From Squalus acanthias (lineage: Eukaryota), in NCBI GenBank assembly GCA_030390025.1, contig CM059432.1, positions 102,240,001-102,304,000 on the forward strand: 64,000 bases of DNA. Direction: 5' to 3'. Numbering within the stretch: position 1 is the first letter of the stretch; each line of letters opens with the position of its first letter. Positions 35,150 to 49,472 of the stretch are shown here, piece after piece. The notes below the pieces were generated by a model, which saw nothing but the letters and a program-made list of their open reading frames with translations, ran no database searches and was not told where the DNA came from. Made by a program: the position numbers and the translations under genes.

Positions 35150-36840
35150 ATTGTACTGGAATGAAGAGAAAATAATTAGACAACACAGATTTTAGTTGGG
35201 AAGTTCATGCTTGACAAATCTGATAAGAGTTTCCTGAGGAAGTGACTCTTATGGTGGATGAGGGAAAATGTAGTGAATGTGGTGTATATGGACTTATAGA
35301 AAGTATTTGACAAGGTACCACACAGGAGACTACAGGAAAAGATTAATGGGCTTGGAATTAGGAGGAGGGTAACAAATCAGATTAAAAACTGGTTCTCAGG
35401 GAGGAAACTGAGGAGGAGATAAGGGCAGTTTCAGAATGGTTGGAAGTGGGCAGTGGTGACTCACAAATTTCTATTCGGGAAACACTTCTGTTCACTGTGT
35501 GCATCAATAATTTAGATAAAGGGCCAGAGGGAGTGGTATCCAAATTAGCAGACAATACTAAAATAGGAGGCATGGTAACTAACATTGAGAACCAAAGGAA
35601 GGTGCAAATGGACATTGATAAGATGGTGGAATGGGTAAAAAAGTGGCAGATTGAATTAATTGTCAGTAAATGTGAGGTGGTACATTTTTGTAATATAGGT
35701 GTGCCAAGTAGAATAGCCATAGTAAGCGTTTATTAAATATATACACACATATATTAAAAGCTGATTTTGCAGTAGCTGCAAAGTACACAGTTGGGCCTGG
35801 AGTATAGTAGACATTACCTCATTAACCATCCAGGAGATGAGATAGGAAATATAGTAGGTATATAGTGATTCAGTGAGAAATACAGAGGGGTGGCAACAGT
35901 ATGAATAAGAACTAGTTAAGGATGTACTGGAAAGAGATAAGAAAAGAAGGCCATAACTGATACCCATTAGTGAGTACAATGAACAAGAAACAGATGTTAC
36001 TGTGCAGACTCAGTGAAGGGAGATTATCCAGATGTAAAGAGAACCCATTGACATAATGGCATTATGTTAGGAGGACATAATTAAACATATAAAAGATAGA
36101 ACACACTGGAGCTCCTTAGGAACTTTAGACCTAATCTTGCCAAGGCTAGGGAAAGCAGTCAAGACACTTGCGACCTCCTGAAGGAGTCTTTGGTGTGCGA
36201 GTTATAATTGGTACCTATAGCTCATATGCACTGCATGTAAAGGGTTATATTTTATTATTTCATTGACTTGAATTAATAAAGTATTAACTAGACGTTTCAG
36301 TTTTTCCTAGTCCTCAAACCTGTATTAGAGATACAGGAGGTATGACAATATCCTACAATACCTCCACATACAGGCAATAGGGATATATGACAACATCCTA
36401 TATAAACCCAACAATTTTCAGAAAAAGTAATAGTATACATTGAATGAGGAAAGGCTTGGTAATATGGACGAGCAAAGGGATTTGGGGGGTTCAGGCTCAT
36501 GAGACATTAAAAAGAGCACCACAAGTGGATAAAGCCATTAAAAGAGCTGAATGTATACCATCTTTTATGGCAACAGGTATAGAATAGAAACATTGAGATG
36601 TAATGGTGAATCTATATAAATCCTTAGTAAGGCCACAGTTGGGAGCATTGTATATAGTTTTGGTCTCCACACTATAGGAAGGATGTGGAGGCAATTGCGC
36701 GGGTACAGTAGAGATTAACTAGGATGCTGCCTGGTATGAGGAAATGCAAATACGAAAGACTTGAAAATCTGGGCAATTTTATTTAGACCATAGGTGATTT
36801 GACAGAGGGATATAAAGTTACAAAGGGATGGGACAGAAAC
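35150..36840 (+). mobile_element. Old CR1 RT fragment interrupted by a solo LTR
   Basis: VSKLADNTKIGG...KCEVVHF up to 35688, resuming after 36418 (LYKSLVRPQL). Confidence 0.75.
35689..36413 (+). mobile_element. Solo LTR (725 bp)
   Basis: TG...CA ends. 5-bp TSD ATTTT (35684-35688 and 36414-36418). TATAAAA near 36088 and AATAAA near 36275. Cleanly splits a CR1. Confidence 0.8.
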
Positions 36841-39800
36841 AAAACTGTTAGTTACTGGTATAAAAAGACATCATGTAATACATTGTGTGAAAAGCTCTTT
36901 GTTGTGATAATGTGCTATATTAATTGAAGCATTCAGTTCAAGTTATTAGTGCAAAAATACATTCAAATTGTATTAAGGAAGAACATAATATCTGTCTAGA
37001 ATAGAGTGGCTGATATTTTTACTTGACTCTCAAATGTTCTGATCAATGGCTCTATACTGCAGCTCCACCAAGGGTTATACGTGTAACAAAAGAAGCACAG
37101 TTAGGTTCTTTGCCACCATTTTTAGATCCCACATTGCTAACATCTCTGTAGACAACTCACTTACAGGAAGTGTTATCAGCAAGAATGCTGAATTTAAGTG
37201 ATTAATTACCCTTTATTAACTCAGATAATATTAGGTAGGCCATGGGATGGTATAGTGCAGTCAAATGATTTCCACGTCTTCTAGAAGAAAAAATCAGGGC
37301 AGTTTCATCAATTGCTTTATTAGCTGAACAAGCATTAACAAAAGCAGTTCAAAAAATCAGTTCCCAGAGTACCTTATTCACTATAAAAAGTATTCAGTTG
37401 GTTGCTTTTTGAATAAATGTAGCTTTTTATTTTGGTAGCACGAGCCTCATGTTACATTCAGCATCTGTATCCCCATATGTGTTGGCAATTGATAACTTGG
37501 CATGAGTGCAACACTGCACTTTTGATAAAACTGTCAAGCGTGTTTCTGGTGCACTCAGTGATAGCGGTGCATTATTGCAAATTAATTTCAAACAAGACGT
37601 CTATAGGTGCCAAGAACATATCATTTTCTTAATTTGAGTCAACTGCAGTCCTGCTGCCCTATACAAAGTTTTGAGACCCAACAAGCCCACACTATCCCTT
37701 TACTCAAATCTTAATTTCTTCACTTTATTTTAAAAAAAGCTACTAAAATCATAATTGATCATACAGATAAAAGAATTCCATCCTGACTGACTTAAAATTA
37801 AAAAAAATACTTCCAAAGAAATTAGATAGTTACAGATTAATGCCTGCCAGTCAATATTTAAAAAAATGCTTTAAACCCCACTGTACTTCAACCAACAGTA
37901 CATAAGCCTAGATTTTAACGTCGGTGGGTGGGGCATGGGGGCAGGTGGGTAAAGGGAGGAAAGTCATGCAGGTGAAGGCAAGGATGGGTGGCAAACTGTC
38001 CGGCCTCCCGTTGCGCAAGGCCCAGGAGATTTTAACTCCCGGGCCTCAGTTGCATGCTCCTGCTCCTCCTGGAAACCAAAAGAAAAAGAAATTAAAAATT
38101 ACTTACTCTTATGGGCCCCTTCTGGCTCGGAATCGCTTGTCACCAGGTTGGCCTGGTGGGGGAGCCACGACGGCTTTATGATCCCAGTGCGAGCAGCACA
38201 AACAGGGATGACAAACGCTGACTGCTCGTGCTTCACATGAGTAGTTGGCACCGAGGAAGTGTTATTGCAGTATGTAGGGGGGAATCATAGAAATTATTTA
38301 GCTCCAGGGACTTTCTGAAATGTATAAATCAAATGATTGCAGTCTAAATCCACTTGGTAAGTGAACAATTCTTCAACTCTGAGGATGATGTCAACCAGTT
38401 TTCTTTTAAAGATGCTTCAGCACCAACAGTTACATGTATTTCCCATAAATATTCCTAACTTCTTAATGTTTTATTCATTCATAGATGGAAAGGAGTCTCA
38501 AAATCTACTATGAATATTTCAGACCGTTTGATCATTTTTTCTAATGAGACAGTATAGAGAAATGATCAACAGTTCATATTTGCCCATTTTCCAAAAATGG
38601 AAAAAATCTAATCTCAGCTTATTTTTTTTCTCTATTAACTGTGCACAAAACACTATTGCAGTTGGCAGGGGATTGGATCTGTGAAACTGCACAGCCTACA
38701 TATCTGTGTGGCTTTAAATTAAATTACATGGAGTGGAAAAGGTGCACAAACCTTCATCATCCAACTGTTTGGTATTTTCAGCAGCATGGATGCATCAGCT
38801 CAAAATTGATCATAGCTGCTGTTGGGGACCAGGTATGTGGACAAAGTCTCCAGTCTGTAATTATTAACTCAGATTTGCTACATTTATAGGCAGCACTTTG
38901 TCATATACGCTGACAGTGATGATGGAGAATGTTTCATTCCAATTTCCATTTCCCCCAAACAATTCCCTCTCCTGTCCCCTAGTACTGCAGCAGTACTCTT
39001 GTGCTAGACATCAAACCTCCCTAGTACTGCTTGCACTGTGGCTCCAAAGTCCGCTGATGCAAAGCTGCTTGAACTCACGCTGTGGTGCATTACAGATTAG
39101 CTCTCTTTTGTAAATGTGCAGTGCATACTGCAGCCAGAAAAGCCGATGTCCACCCTGAAAGCAGACAGTTGGCAACTATGATAACATCAGGACCAGTAGC
39201 TGCAGTTCAAGATCCAATTAGGCAGAACCCTGTTTACATTGCCAGATGAACATAGAAGCCATTTTAAATCATTTTCAAGATCACCTCATAGATTACACCC
39301 ACCACTGTTTGTTCACCTACTGTTCACGTGAACTTAATTAGATTACATAACAGGGGGGCAGCACTGTTGGTTTCCATAGTGGAATGGCAAAGGAGGCCGG
39401 CATAATTATCTTAAGATCTTCGTAACAGAAAAGGAGAAACAATGTTTTATAGGAATTTATTATCCCCCAAAAAAGTAAGGTGTCAGAACATTATTGCATA
39501 AGTATGACCTTTAATATGAAACAAAGTCTAATAAAATATGACATGCCAGTGGTGTTCCGATGGTGCTAGCATGAAAAAGGAATGCATTATAGGGAGCTCA
39601 ATCACTAGTCATATCAGCAGAACCGTATCATAATATCATAGCTGTCTAATGAAGCAAGTATATTAAACATCTGCTTTTGTATTTGAATTCATTTTCTGTC
39701 AGTAAATGCTATCATGCTAAAATTCAAATAAGTCACAATTTCCATTTATCATTTTCTAATACAATGGTAAATTGCAATGACCTGGCACTCTGCTCAGGTA

Positions 39801-40734
39801 TAATCCCACAACAGATTTCACCAAGAGGCTGATCAATTACTTAACGGACAGAGTAAACAAGAAACAGCACCAGTATAAAATTGCAACATAATGAAAGAAA
39901 ACCAGCTGGATATAAATGAAAATTGCCTTCAGAGACATGCAATATTGTAAATCAACTGATCAGCTCAGAAACAGGATAGGAAAAATAATTTAACAGTGCC
40001 TAGTAGAGGGAGCATGTTAATAGTGTGACTACAGTGCTCGTACCCAGTATGATTAGTACTATTTTTAAATCTTATGAGTAAACAATAGAGCTATACCCCC
40101 TTGCTCACACCAGCCTTTAATCAGAGCATACATGCATACTTAAATTATTTGCCAAATTATTTTCATTAGCCTCCAACTGCTGGTGTGATTTTTATGTTTA
40201 CAAATCAGTTCTTTTCTAATATTATACTTTAGTATTCGATACAGTTTAATGGATTATTTTATCCCCCCCAACCCAACTATTTAATTTGGTTCCACCCTTT
40301 TAAGAATTTAATGTTTAAAAATTCAACTTAGCCTAAAGTGTACAACACTAGAAAAATGCTAAACTGACCCCAGTTTGGGGAAGTTAAAAAAAGCTGGCAC
40401 ACTTTGAAATCCAATCTCGATTATTAAATTGACTATGCAGAAGAAAGATAAACTGCTAACATAATGTGGGAGCAACTGCTTTCTCATAACATTTAAAAAA
40501 AACAAGTGAATCATTCAAAAATAAACCTTTGAAATGCACACTGACAACTTATACTGCACCTGGCAGAAACAGCAAGCAACGTGAGAATACATACTAGAGT
40601 GGCTTAGTGTACTCGGAAGTCTGACTACAAACCTGACTCCCGAATTATACTAGCCCTTTGGTACCTGAAACCATTTTGTGTCAGTGTGCATACAACTACA
40701 TAGAAGTTATTTATATGGAAGAATTAGGCATCAA

Positions 40735-41611
40735 GGGGGAAAAATTCAGTATCGCCCCGTTTGGGGCAAAATTATCGGCCGGGCGCAAAGATTAGCGCCT
40801 GGCGCTAATTATCGCCTCCGACTGCAAACTTGACTTTTATCGCCCCTGGAGGTGATTGGAGCGCTAAATCAGGCGCTACACATCTGTCTTAAGGCGCAAC
40901 GGCCGAGGAGCGAGGCGCTAACTCAGAGCGCTGGCGAAGCTCATGTGATGTCAGTCAGCAATGGAATACAGACACAATGGCGCTGGCCAGTTCTTAAAGG
41001 GGAGGGTTGATCTTGCTTTCCATCCACATCCTGCTCATTGCAGCCTTGAATCTTGGCCTGGAGAGACCTGTACATCAAATCTGCTGGAAAGAACAATGAA
41101 GAGGCCCAGGGAAAGAGCTCAGAGTGCAACCCCCACAGTCTCTTCTAAATCGATACAAGGAAGGGCAAATCAAAATGAACCTGCAAAGTGCTGCTCAGTA
41201 CCCAAAACTCCTTCACACAGCGTTGAATCTCTCCAGAAGTCCCTCTCTCTCTCTCTCTCTCTCTCAGAATGCGTGGTTCTAAAATGTCACCAACAATAAA
41301 AGGCAGGAAGTGGTCGCCTTTAAATAGCGCTCCCCCAGTCCCTTCCTGACTGCAAAACGCTCCCCTCAACCTGTCGTTGCTAGTGGCTCAATATCCGCTC
41401 CGGGGCGATACCGGGGCGTTGCGCACTCGACTGATGTCACGATCTGCCAGCGCAGGAGATCGTGGCGGTAGTGTTTAGCGTCGCCGCAAAATGTCTAGTT
41501 AATTTCACGAGTGGCGCAAACATCGCCGCGCCCGGGCGCTAGTTGCTTTGCGCCCCATTAGCGCCCTCTTAAGGCGCTAACGGGAGGTGCAACCAACTGA
41601 ATTTTTCCCCC
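40735..41611. mobile_element. Harbinger-type MITE family A
   Basis: 16-bp TIR GGGGGAAAAATTCAGT. TSD CAA. Internal (CT)n. Confidence 0.9.
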
Positions 41612-42229
41612 CAAAAGTTTTTAAATTAAACTAAACAGTCTGAGTATTACAAATTTGGATCTGCCATAGATCCTGTCTCAGGTTCAATGGTGTGATTCAC
41701 TCTCTTAAATGGTCTGAGCAGCTTATTTTTATGCGAGTTGACTCATGCTGACCTGTATCTACTTATGCAATAGCATGACCCAAGGATATGCGAATAGTAC
41801 ACCCTTGTGACCTGAGCCGATATCAGTGCGTTTTGCATTTGTTTCATCAGTCTCTCTGAAGACAGAACTGATCTAACACTTGAGATAAGGCTTAATATGT
41901 ATCGTTAAGTAATTATATTTTACAGCACAGGAATATACAGTTATGATCAGGTTTACTCATCTCAATCAATACAACTTGCCTTTGTGTAATAATAGAAAAT
42001 AATGAACACACTATGCTTCCGCACAAGTGGGTCATATTACTGAAACCGAATAACTTCCCTGCATCCTAACCTTCGCACAATCTTTGGTGGAGGCTCTCTG
42101 CCCCAGAGCTTCTCTGTTTCAAAAGCTTCATTCCTCCCTTTTTATTACTCTCTTCCCAGAAACACATCAAAGGGTTTTCTAACAAAATCAGTGTGAAGTG
42201 TTTTTTCAATTACTTATACAAACCAACAC

Positions 42230-42947
42230 AATTCTTATTGTTTTAGCACCCAAAATTGCACCCGTTTTGAAAGTGTGTTTCTTCTCGAGTTTCCGCTCAA
42301 CCTCATTTGCATATCGCTGAACACAAGTTCTGCCATGAACCAGCACAATCGGGCAACGTTTTAAAACGTAATTTAAAAAAAAGTTGCTTTAAAAAATATT
42401 CCTTGATATATTTAAGAGTGGTAATTAGGTGCAGTTTGATTAATACAGCTGAAAATGGATTTATCACAAAAAATAAGCATTTTTAATCGCAGTGTCAATC
42501 CACCACCTGAGAGTAACCCAATTTTAAATGACTGAAAATGACTTTTAAAAAAATATACAGAACCATTTGCTAGTTATATTGGTTACTGTAGTTAGTTTCT
42601 TAGTAAATTAAAAAAAATTATATCCAAAAGCTTTTTAAACATTCCTATTAGTCTCCGTGTGCCCAAAAGATTCAACTTAATTTTTAGAGCCTTCTTAAAG
42701 GCCCACAAACGAGTGTAATTGGCGGAAACTCTCAATGGTGATTAATTCATCCTGGGTGCGTGGCCTATTTTGTGGCTGGGCCGACTTCAAGTGCGATGTT
42801 TTTTAAACGAGTGCAAATATCGCGGAAACTGGATTTGCCAGGAACGTTACTTGCACTCAAAATTCCGCGACCTTTTGCCCGGGTTATGCCGATTTCAGGC
42901 GCGTCGTGCCGAATAAACCAGTGCAACCGAGTGGAAAATCCTGGCCC
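42230..42947. mobile_element. MITE fragment
   Basis: Right end GGAAAATCCTGGCCC. CpG-rich arms with an AT-rich core. Left end not found. Confidence 0.5.
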
Positions 42948-43546
42948 TGATATTTAGCATATTAGCCACCTTTCACCTCCGAGCCTTTAAAAAAAACTTG
43001 TAAGAATACACTTCGGTTTAAAAAAAAGCCAGCATTAAAAGCAACATAGTTTCACATCCTTTCTTTGGAAAATGGTCAAAAAATCCTGAAACATGAAAAC
43101 ATGAGAATATGCAACTGAATCTAATCATTTAACAGTGTTTCCTAATGCCGATCAGATTTCTACAGCACAGCATATTTTTTTTGAGACTTTTTTCGCAATT
43201 ATGCAGTTGCTTATAATTACCCAAAATTCAAACCCACAAAGTACAGGAACCAGCACACTTCCATACTCTTCCTTATATATTTTCACTCTTATATACACAT
43301 GTGGGGAGTGATTGGTCTTCGGCAGTAGTAGAAAATGTGCATCAATGACTCGACACCCCATCCAATTTTCTTTTCCAAATTTCCAACGAAAATCAAGTGC
43401 AGTGTAAAACGGGCTGCCGATTCATTATCACCCATTTTGAACTACTGAAGACCATTGTCATCCCCAAGACTTTTTCTACTTTTAAGTGTACAGATATGGA
43501 AACTACTTTCTGCACAAAATGCTCCAGCTAATTTTAGAAAATTAAA

Positions 43547-45493
43547 GGCCGGAATTTTGCCTACCTCGGCGGGTCGAGTGTGGGCGGTCGGCGTGGCAGG
43601 TCGCAACCCCGCTGCTGGCTCCATCCCGCTGTTGGAAATATCTTTCCCTTAATAGGGCCTATTAAGCCCACCCAGCGCGTTACCCGGCCCAATTAAATGG
43701 GGCGGGTTTGGTGACATCATTCATGACGCGTTTTCGGCCGGGATCTTTAAAGGGACCATGGCCACATTAGATCTGATGTTTAATCTAACATAGTGCTGTC
43801 AGTGTACTACAGCATTGATGTGCTGCAAACAGTGACAATGACTACACAGAGGCAGAGGGCTGCACCCAGGTTCTCCGATGACTCCCTCCATATGCTTATG
43901 GAGTGAGCCAGAGCACGCAGGGAAGTCCTCTTCCCTTCCGATGGGTGGAAGAGACCTTCCCAGGAGACTAAGACAGCCTGGTTGGAGATTGCAGATTAGG
44001 TCACAAGCAGGAATATGTTCAGGAGGACCTGGGTACAGTGCCGCAAACATTTCAATGATCTCATTAGATCAGGAAACGTTAGTACAAAGCCACACTCAAC
44101 CTCATCCTGCTGTGCCTCTCATCACATCCCCATCACTCTGCCTTCCCCACCCTACTCCTGCACATCTTTACTCACACCAACATACCTTGCACCTCCACCC
44201 ATCCCTCTCTCTCTATCTACATTATCACATCCCTATCTCACTAGCACATCATTGAGCACTGCCCTCAGAGGAAATTTGCAGGCAGCCTACAAGATATACA
44301 CGCTGTTACACCGGAAGTTTTGGCCTGGATATCTGACTTCGATATTGACATTTGATTTGCTTTGCTACTACCATACGAAAGAAGAAGAAGACTAGCTACC
44401 CTCACACTCACCCTCATCCTAGTGCAATCATACCAATTAACAACACACAAGGGTAGCCACTTGGGTGTTTTATCCAATGTTTATGTCAAGTTTCTGTTAA
44501 TGTGGTGTCAAACATAAAAATCTTTATTTTCAACACTTTGCGTTCTTGGACAGATTTGCGTGCACCTTTGGAAGTGGCTTCATGAGTTGCAGTGAATGGT
44601 GAGACATAACGGTACCCCCCGCAATGGTGATGAGTGTGAAAGGATTGGCTTGGTCATTGTAGGGATGCTTAATGGTGTTGGTGTGGGGTGGTGCCAACCT
44701 GGCGCATCATGTGGCAGCCATATGGGTATACAGAGTAAAGTTAACTAAATCTGGCCATGATGAGGCCATCCCTGGCCTCCCGGGCAGCAATGTGCTTGGG
44801 TGCTGATGCCCTGTGTCCTGTTCAGAATCAGGTGATTGCAGAGAAGGTTGGTGTTGCTGTTGGTGCTGCTGGTGTGCCTGGTGCTACTGGTGTTGGGGCT
44901 GATTGTGGTGGGATTCTGAGGACCAAGGTGAGACAGTATAAACGGCACCCATGCTGATGGAATAGATGGCAGGTGAAGTACACATGACAGAAGCATTCTG
45001 TCAATGGTGAAAGAGTTCTTCCAATGAGGTGATACTGGATGGAGACTTTGCGGGAAACACTTGCAGCCTGCAGAATCAGTGCTGGAGATGGACTGAGCAA
45101 CAGGTTCTGCCTGAGAAAAGTGATCATCTGTCAGGTGGGAATTTTACTGAACATTTGATGCTGTCAAGTAATCAGCTGGAGCAATGGCCACGGAACTCCC
45201 GCCTCAGGTTGACAGACGTGCTTCCCAAGCTGCGTGGTTCCCGTGGCCATGCAGGGAAATTTAAAAAGTAAGTGGAAAAAAGCCTGTTAAGGGTCTGACA
45301 ACTAGTTGTTAATCATCTCAATTGGGTCACCCGCCACTGCCGGTCGGGTCAGCTCCGCGATGACAGATGTGCCTGGGGGAAAGGCACATGGGGGCGGGAT
45401 GGCAGCGAGTCCCCGACCCACTGTCAAAAATAACAACTTTCCCACCCGACCCGCCACCGATCGCACCCACTACCACCCCGGAAAATCCCAACC
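43547..45493 (+). mobile_element. Non-autonomous Harbinger derivative (internally deleted)
   Basis: Ends GGCCGGAATTTT and AAAATCCCAACC. TSD AAA. Myb exon 1 remnant (RRTWVQCRKHFNDLIRSG) and a fused transposase N/C remnant. Confidence 0.87.
44246..44390 (+). mobile_element. 3' tip of a non-LTR retrotransposon (I-group, possibly Ingi/Vingi-like)
   Basis: TSD ACTAGC (44240-44245 and 44391-44396). Encodes HIIEHCPQRKFAGSLQDIHAVTPEVLAWISDFDIDI* and ends CCATACG(AAG)n. Confidence 0.65.
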
Positions 45494-45739
45494 AAACACT
45501 TAAGATAATACTTGCTGAGAGATAACTTTACATAAACAATATATTTTCAGTTCTACCGCCTTGGGTCACCCTTCTCTTTAACTGCAATGTTGACACATTA
45601 TGAATGGATGGAACCTTCCTGAGCATTTCCTATTGATTGGAAGCAGCACTTTGACCCAGCATGGATAGTAATTAGAAATATTTAACCCTAACAAATTCAT
45701 GACCAGCTGGGAATCAGATCTATCAATTTGTATACTCAT

Positions 45740-46105
45740 ACAACAACTACAACAACTTGTATTTATATAGTGCTTTTAGCACAATAAAACATCCCAAGGT
45801 GTTTCACAGGAGTGTTATCAAACAATATTTGACACTGAGCCACATAAGGTGATATTAGGGCAGATGATGAAAAGCTTAATCAAAGAGGTAGGTTTTAAGG
45901 ATCGTCTTAAAGGAGGAAGGCGAAGTAGAGAGGTGGCAAGGCTTAGGGAGGGAATTCCAGAGCTTAGGGCCTCAGCAGCTGAAGGCACGGCTGCCAATGG
46001 GGAGCGATTAAAATCGAGGATGCACAAGAGGCCAGAATTGGAGGAGCGCAGAGATCTCAGAGGTTTGTCGGGCTGGAGGAGGTTACAGAGATAGGGAGGG
46101 GCGAA
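45740..46105 (-). mobile_element. L2 LINE 3' fragment
   Basis: [11 protein letters not shown]...RSLRSSNSGLL, (TTG)n tail, similar to 29397-29760. Confidence 0.85.
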
Positions 46106-47156
46106 TAAGTATACCAATAAGTAAAATTAAGTATGTACAGCCAGGTGAAACAGGGTTCAAACTGGGCACACCAGTTTATTTTTGAAATTAAGAGCAGCCA
46201 GCATTGTTGAATGTGGCTCATTTGTATCAGCACCCTTAAATATAACAAGGGCATGAGTTACTCCTGCTGTTAGCTTGAGTTCTTTCCCCACTACAGCCCA
46301 ATCTCTTTTACTATTTACATTTCCAAACATTTGCTTGTTGAGGCAATTATAGAAGATTAAACTTTTTCTCCCATATTTTATTTGAAGAAACTAATAATCA
46401 CGAGCTGAAATAGAAAAATGGCAAATGTTTAACAACTAACACCCTGGGTAGTTTTTTTAAACCAAAAGAGAAAACTTGGGCCCTGGTTTTCAACCTGATA
46501 TAGTACTGGTGAATTCTCTCAACTCTCAACTCACCATTTACAACAAAGTCTATTAATGGCCACATTCCGTATATGTGTGCAGTAATTTAGCCAACTTAAA
46601 CAACAACGTACATTTATATAGTTTTTTTATGTACAAAAATGTACTGAGGCACTTCACAGAGGCAGAACCAGACAAAAATGGACACGGAGCCGAAGAAGAG
46701 GATATTAGGAGGGGTGACCAAAAGCCTCTCAAAGAGGTGGGTTTTTAGAAGAGTCTCAAAGGAAGAGAGGGAGGTGGAGAGGTGGAGAGGTGTAGGGAGG
46801 CAATTCCATTGCATGAGGCCGAGGTGGCTGAAGGCACGGCTGCCAATGGTGGGACAAAGGAAGAGGGATGCACAAAAGGCAGAGATTACAGAGACTGGGA
46901 GGGCGAAGTCCACAAAAGGATTTAAACATGAGGATCAGAATTTTAAATTGGAGGCCTTGGGGGACTTCGAGCCAATGTAGGTCAGCAAGAACAGGTCTGA
47001 TGGTGAACAGGACTTTGTTCAACATAGGATATGGGCAGCAGGGTTTTGGATGAATTGAAGTTTACAGTGTGTGGAGGATGGGGTGCCAGCCTGGAGAGCA
47101 TTGGAACAGTCGAGTCTGGAGGTGACAAAGTCATGGATGACAGTTTGCGATGCACT

Positions 47157-47610
47157 CTCAGCCAGTGGCTCAGTTGGTAGCACCCTAGCTTCTGAGTCAG
47201 AAGGATTGTGGGCTCAAGTCCCATCCAGAGACTTGAACACAACAATCTAGGCTGACACGCCAGTGGAGTGCTGAGGGAGTGCTGCACTGTCGGAGGTGCT
47301 GTCTTTTGGATAAGACGTTAAACCAAGGCCCCATCTGCTCTCTCAGGTGGACGTAAAAGATCCCATGACACTATTGCGAAGAAGAGCAGGGGAGCTATCC
47401 CCAGTATCCTGGCCAATATTTATTCCCTCAATCAACAACTAAAACAGATTATCTGGTCATTGTCACGTTGCTGTTTGTGGGAGCTTGCTGTGCACAAACT
47501 GGCTGCTGTGTTTCCTACATTACAACAGTGACTGTACTTCATTGGCTGTAAAGTGCTTTGGGATGGCTGGTGGTCGTGAAAGGTGCTATATAAATGCTAG
47601 TCTTTCTTTC
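47157..47610 (+). mobile_element. Deu-domain SINE, full length
   Basis: Colinear with 12825-13293 (A/B boxes, Deu core, AGGTGCTATATAAATGC tail). Confidence 0.85.
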
Positions 47611-48171
47611 GGGGTGGAGGCGGGCAATATTGTGGAAGTCTTTGTGCTGGAGAGGATATGGGATCAGAAGCTCAGCTTGGGGTGGAATAGGATGTCGAGG
47701 ATGGGAACAGTCTGGTGTTCAACCTGAGACAAAAGCCAGGGAGGGGGATAGAATTGCTAGCAAAGGTACGGAGTTTGTGTGAAAGCCGAAGATGATGACT
47801 TTGGTCTTTGCAATGTTTAACTGGAGGAAACTGGATGTCAGACAATCAGACTGACAACATGGAGGATGGAGGCAGCGGAGTGACCAAGGGAAGTGGTGGC
47901 AAGGTAGAGCTGAACGTCGTCACTGTACATGTGCAAGCTGAGCCCATGTCTTTAGATGATGTTACCAAAGGGGCAGCTTATAGGTGAGGAAGAGGAGGGA
48001 CCAAGGTTATATTCTTGGGAGACTCCAGAGGTAACAGTGCAGGGTGCGAAGAGAAGCCATTGCTGGAGATACACCGGCTACCATTGGATAGGGAAAAGTG
48101 GAACCAAGCAAAAACAGTCCTATTGAGCTGGACAATGGAGGATAGGTGTTGGAGGATGGTGAGGTCAACCG

Positions 48172-48492
48172 TATCCGGGTGCTCCGGTTTCCTCCCACAG
48201 TCCAAAAATGTGCGGGTTAGGTTGATTTGGCTATGATAAATTGACCCTTAGTGTTAGGGGGGATTAAATATGTGGGGTTATGGGGATAGGATGGGATATG
48301 TTAGGGGGAATTAAATACGTGGGGTTACGGGGGTAGGGTGGGATATGTGTACTGTGGGGATTAAAGCAGGGATAGGGTACTGGATTTGGATGATCAGCCA
48401 TGATCGTATTGAATGGTGGAGCAGGCTCGACGGGCCGAATGGCCTACTCCTGCTCCTAGATTCTATGTTTCTATGTTTCTGTGTTTCTATGT
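48172..48492 (+). mobile_element. HE1-like V-SINE, 5'-truncated, with CR1/HER1 tail
   Basis: V-domain TCCGGGTGCTCCGGTTTCCTCCCACAGTCCAAA. Tail GATGATCAGCCATGATC...(CTATGTTT)n shared with CR1 at 5010-5113. Possible TSD GTATC. Internal 47-bp duplication. Confidence 0.82.
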
Positions 48493-49472
48493 ATCATATG
48501 CTGCAGAAAGAATGAGGAGGGCAAATGCACCATGGTCCTAAAATAACAGAGGATGTCATTTCTGACTTTGTTTAAGGCAGCTTCAATGCTGCGGAAGGGG
48601 CAAAAACCTGATTGGAGAGATTGAAACGTGGAGTTGCAGGAAAGATGCACACGGATTTGCGAGGTGACAACACATTCAAGGACATTGGAGAGGAAAGGGA
48701 GGTTGGAGATGGAGCAATAGTTTACAAAGTCAGAGAGGTTGGGTCTGCTTTTTTGAGGTTGATGGTGATGGTTTGAAAAAGGAGGGGTATTAGTACCTCT
48801 GGCTTGCCAACCATTTACAATGGCTGGTCAGCGGTTTTGTGGGAATGGGGTCAAGGGAGCAGATGGATACGATGAACTTGGAGCGAGTATGAGAGGAAAT
48901 AGGAGAGAAACAAGAGAACAACAGAGGATCAGAGTTAGGGCCAGGAGGATCCAGGGCTGAGGTTTGGCTTGATGTACAATTAGAAGAGTGGGGTGGTGGG
49001 GCTGGGGGGTGCGGGAGAAGCAGCAGAATTGATGGTCTCTATCTTAGTGACAAAGAAGTCCATGAGTTCCTTGCACTTGTTGTTGGTGGTGAGAGTGGAA
49101 GGGGCAGGGGATAGAAGTTTAAGAAGACTATTGGTAGTGGACAAAAGAAGCCAGGGGTTATGTTTGCTCTCTGGGAAGATTGTGGAGTACTGGATGGTTT
49201 TGGCAGAGGAGAGTGAGCCCTGATAGTGCTTGATGTGTATGTCAGATGCTCCTTAGACTTGAGGGAGGGAAGATGGGAATGCAACCAGGATGGGGTGTAA
49301 GAAAAGTACGCAACCAGGATGGGAGTGTAAGAAAAGTACTTGTGGAGGCTTTCATTTTAGAATAAGGCTTTCTATATAACATTGTATCATTAGCAATTCT
49401 TCAGCTAAAAGATTGAAATTTTGTTTTGTTAGTTTGCCCTTGAAGCAGTCCATGTAATGAGGCACCCTCTGT

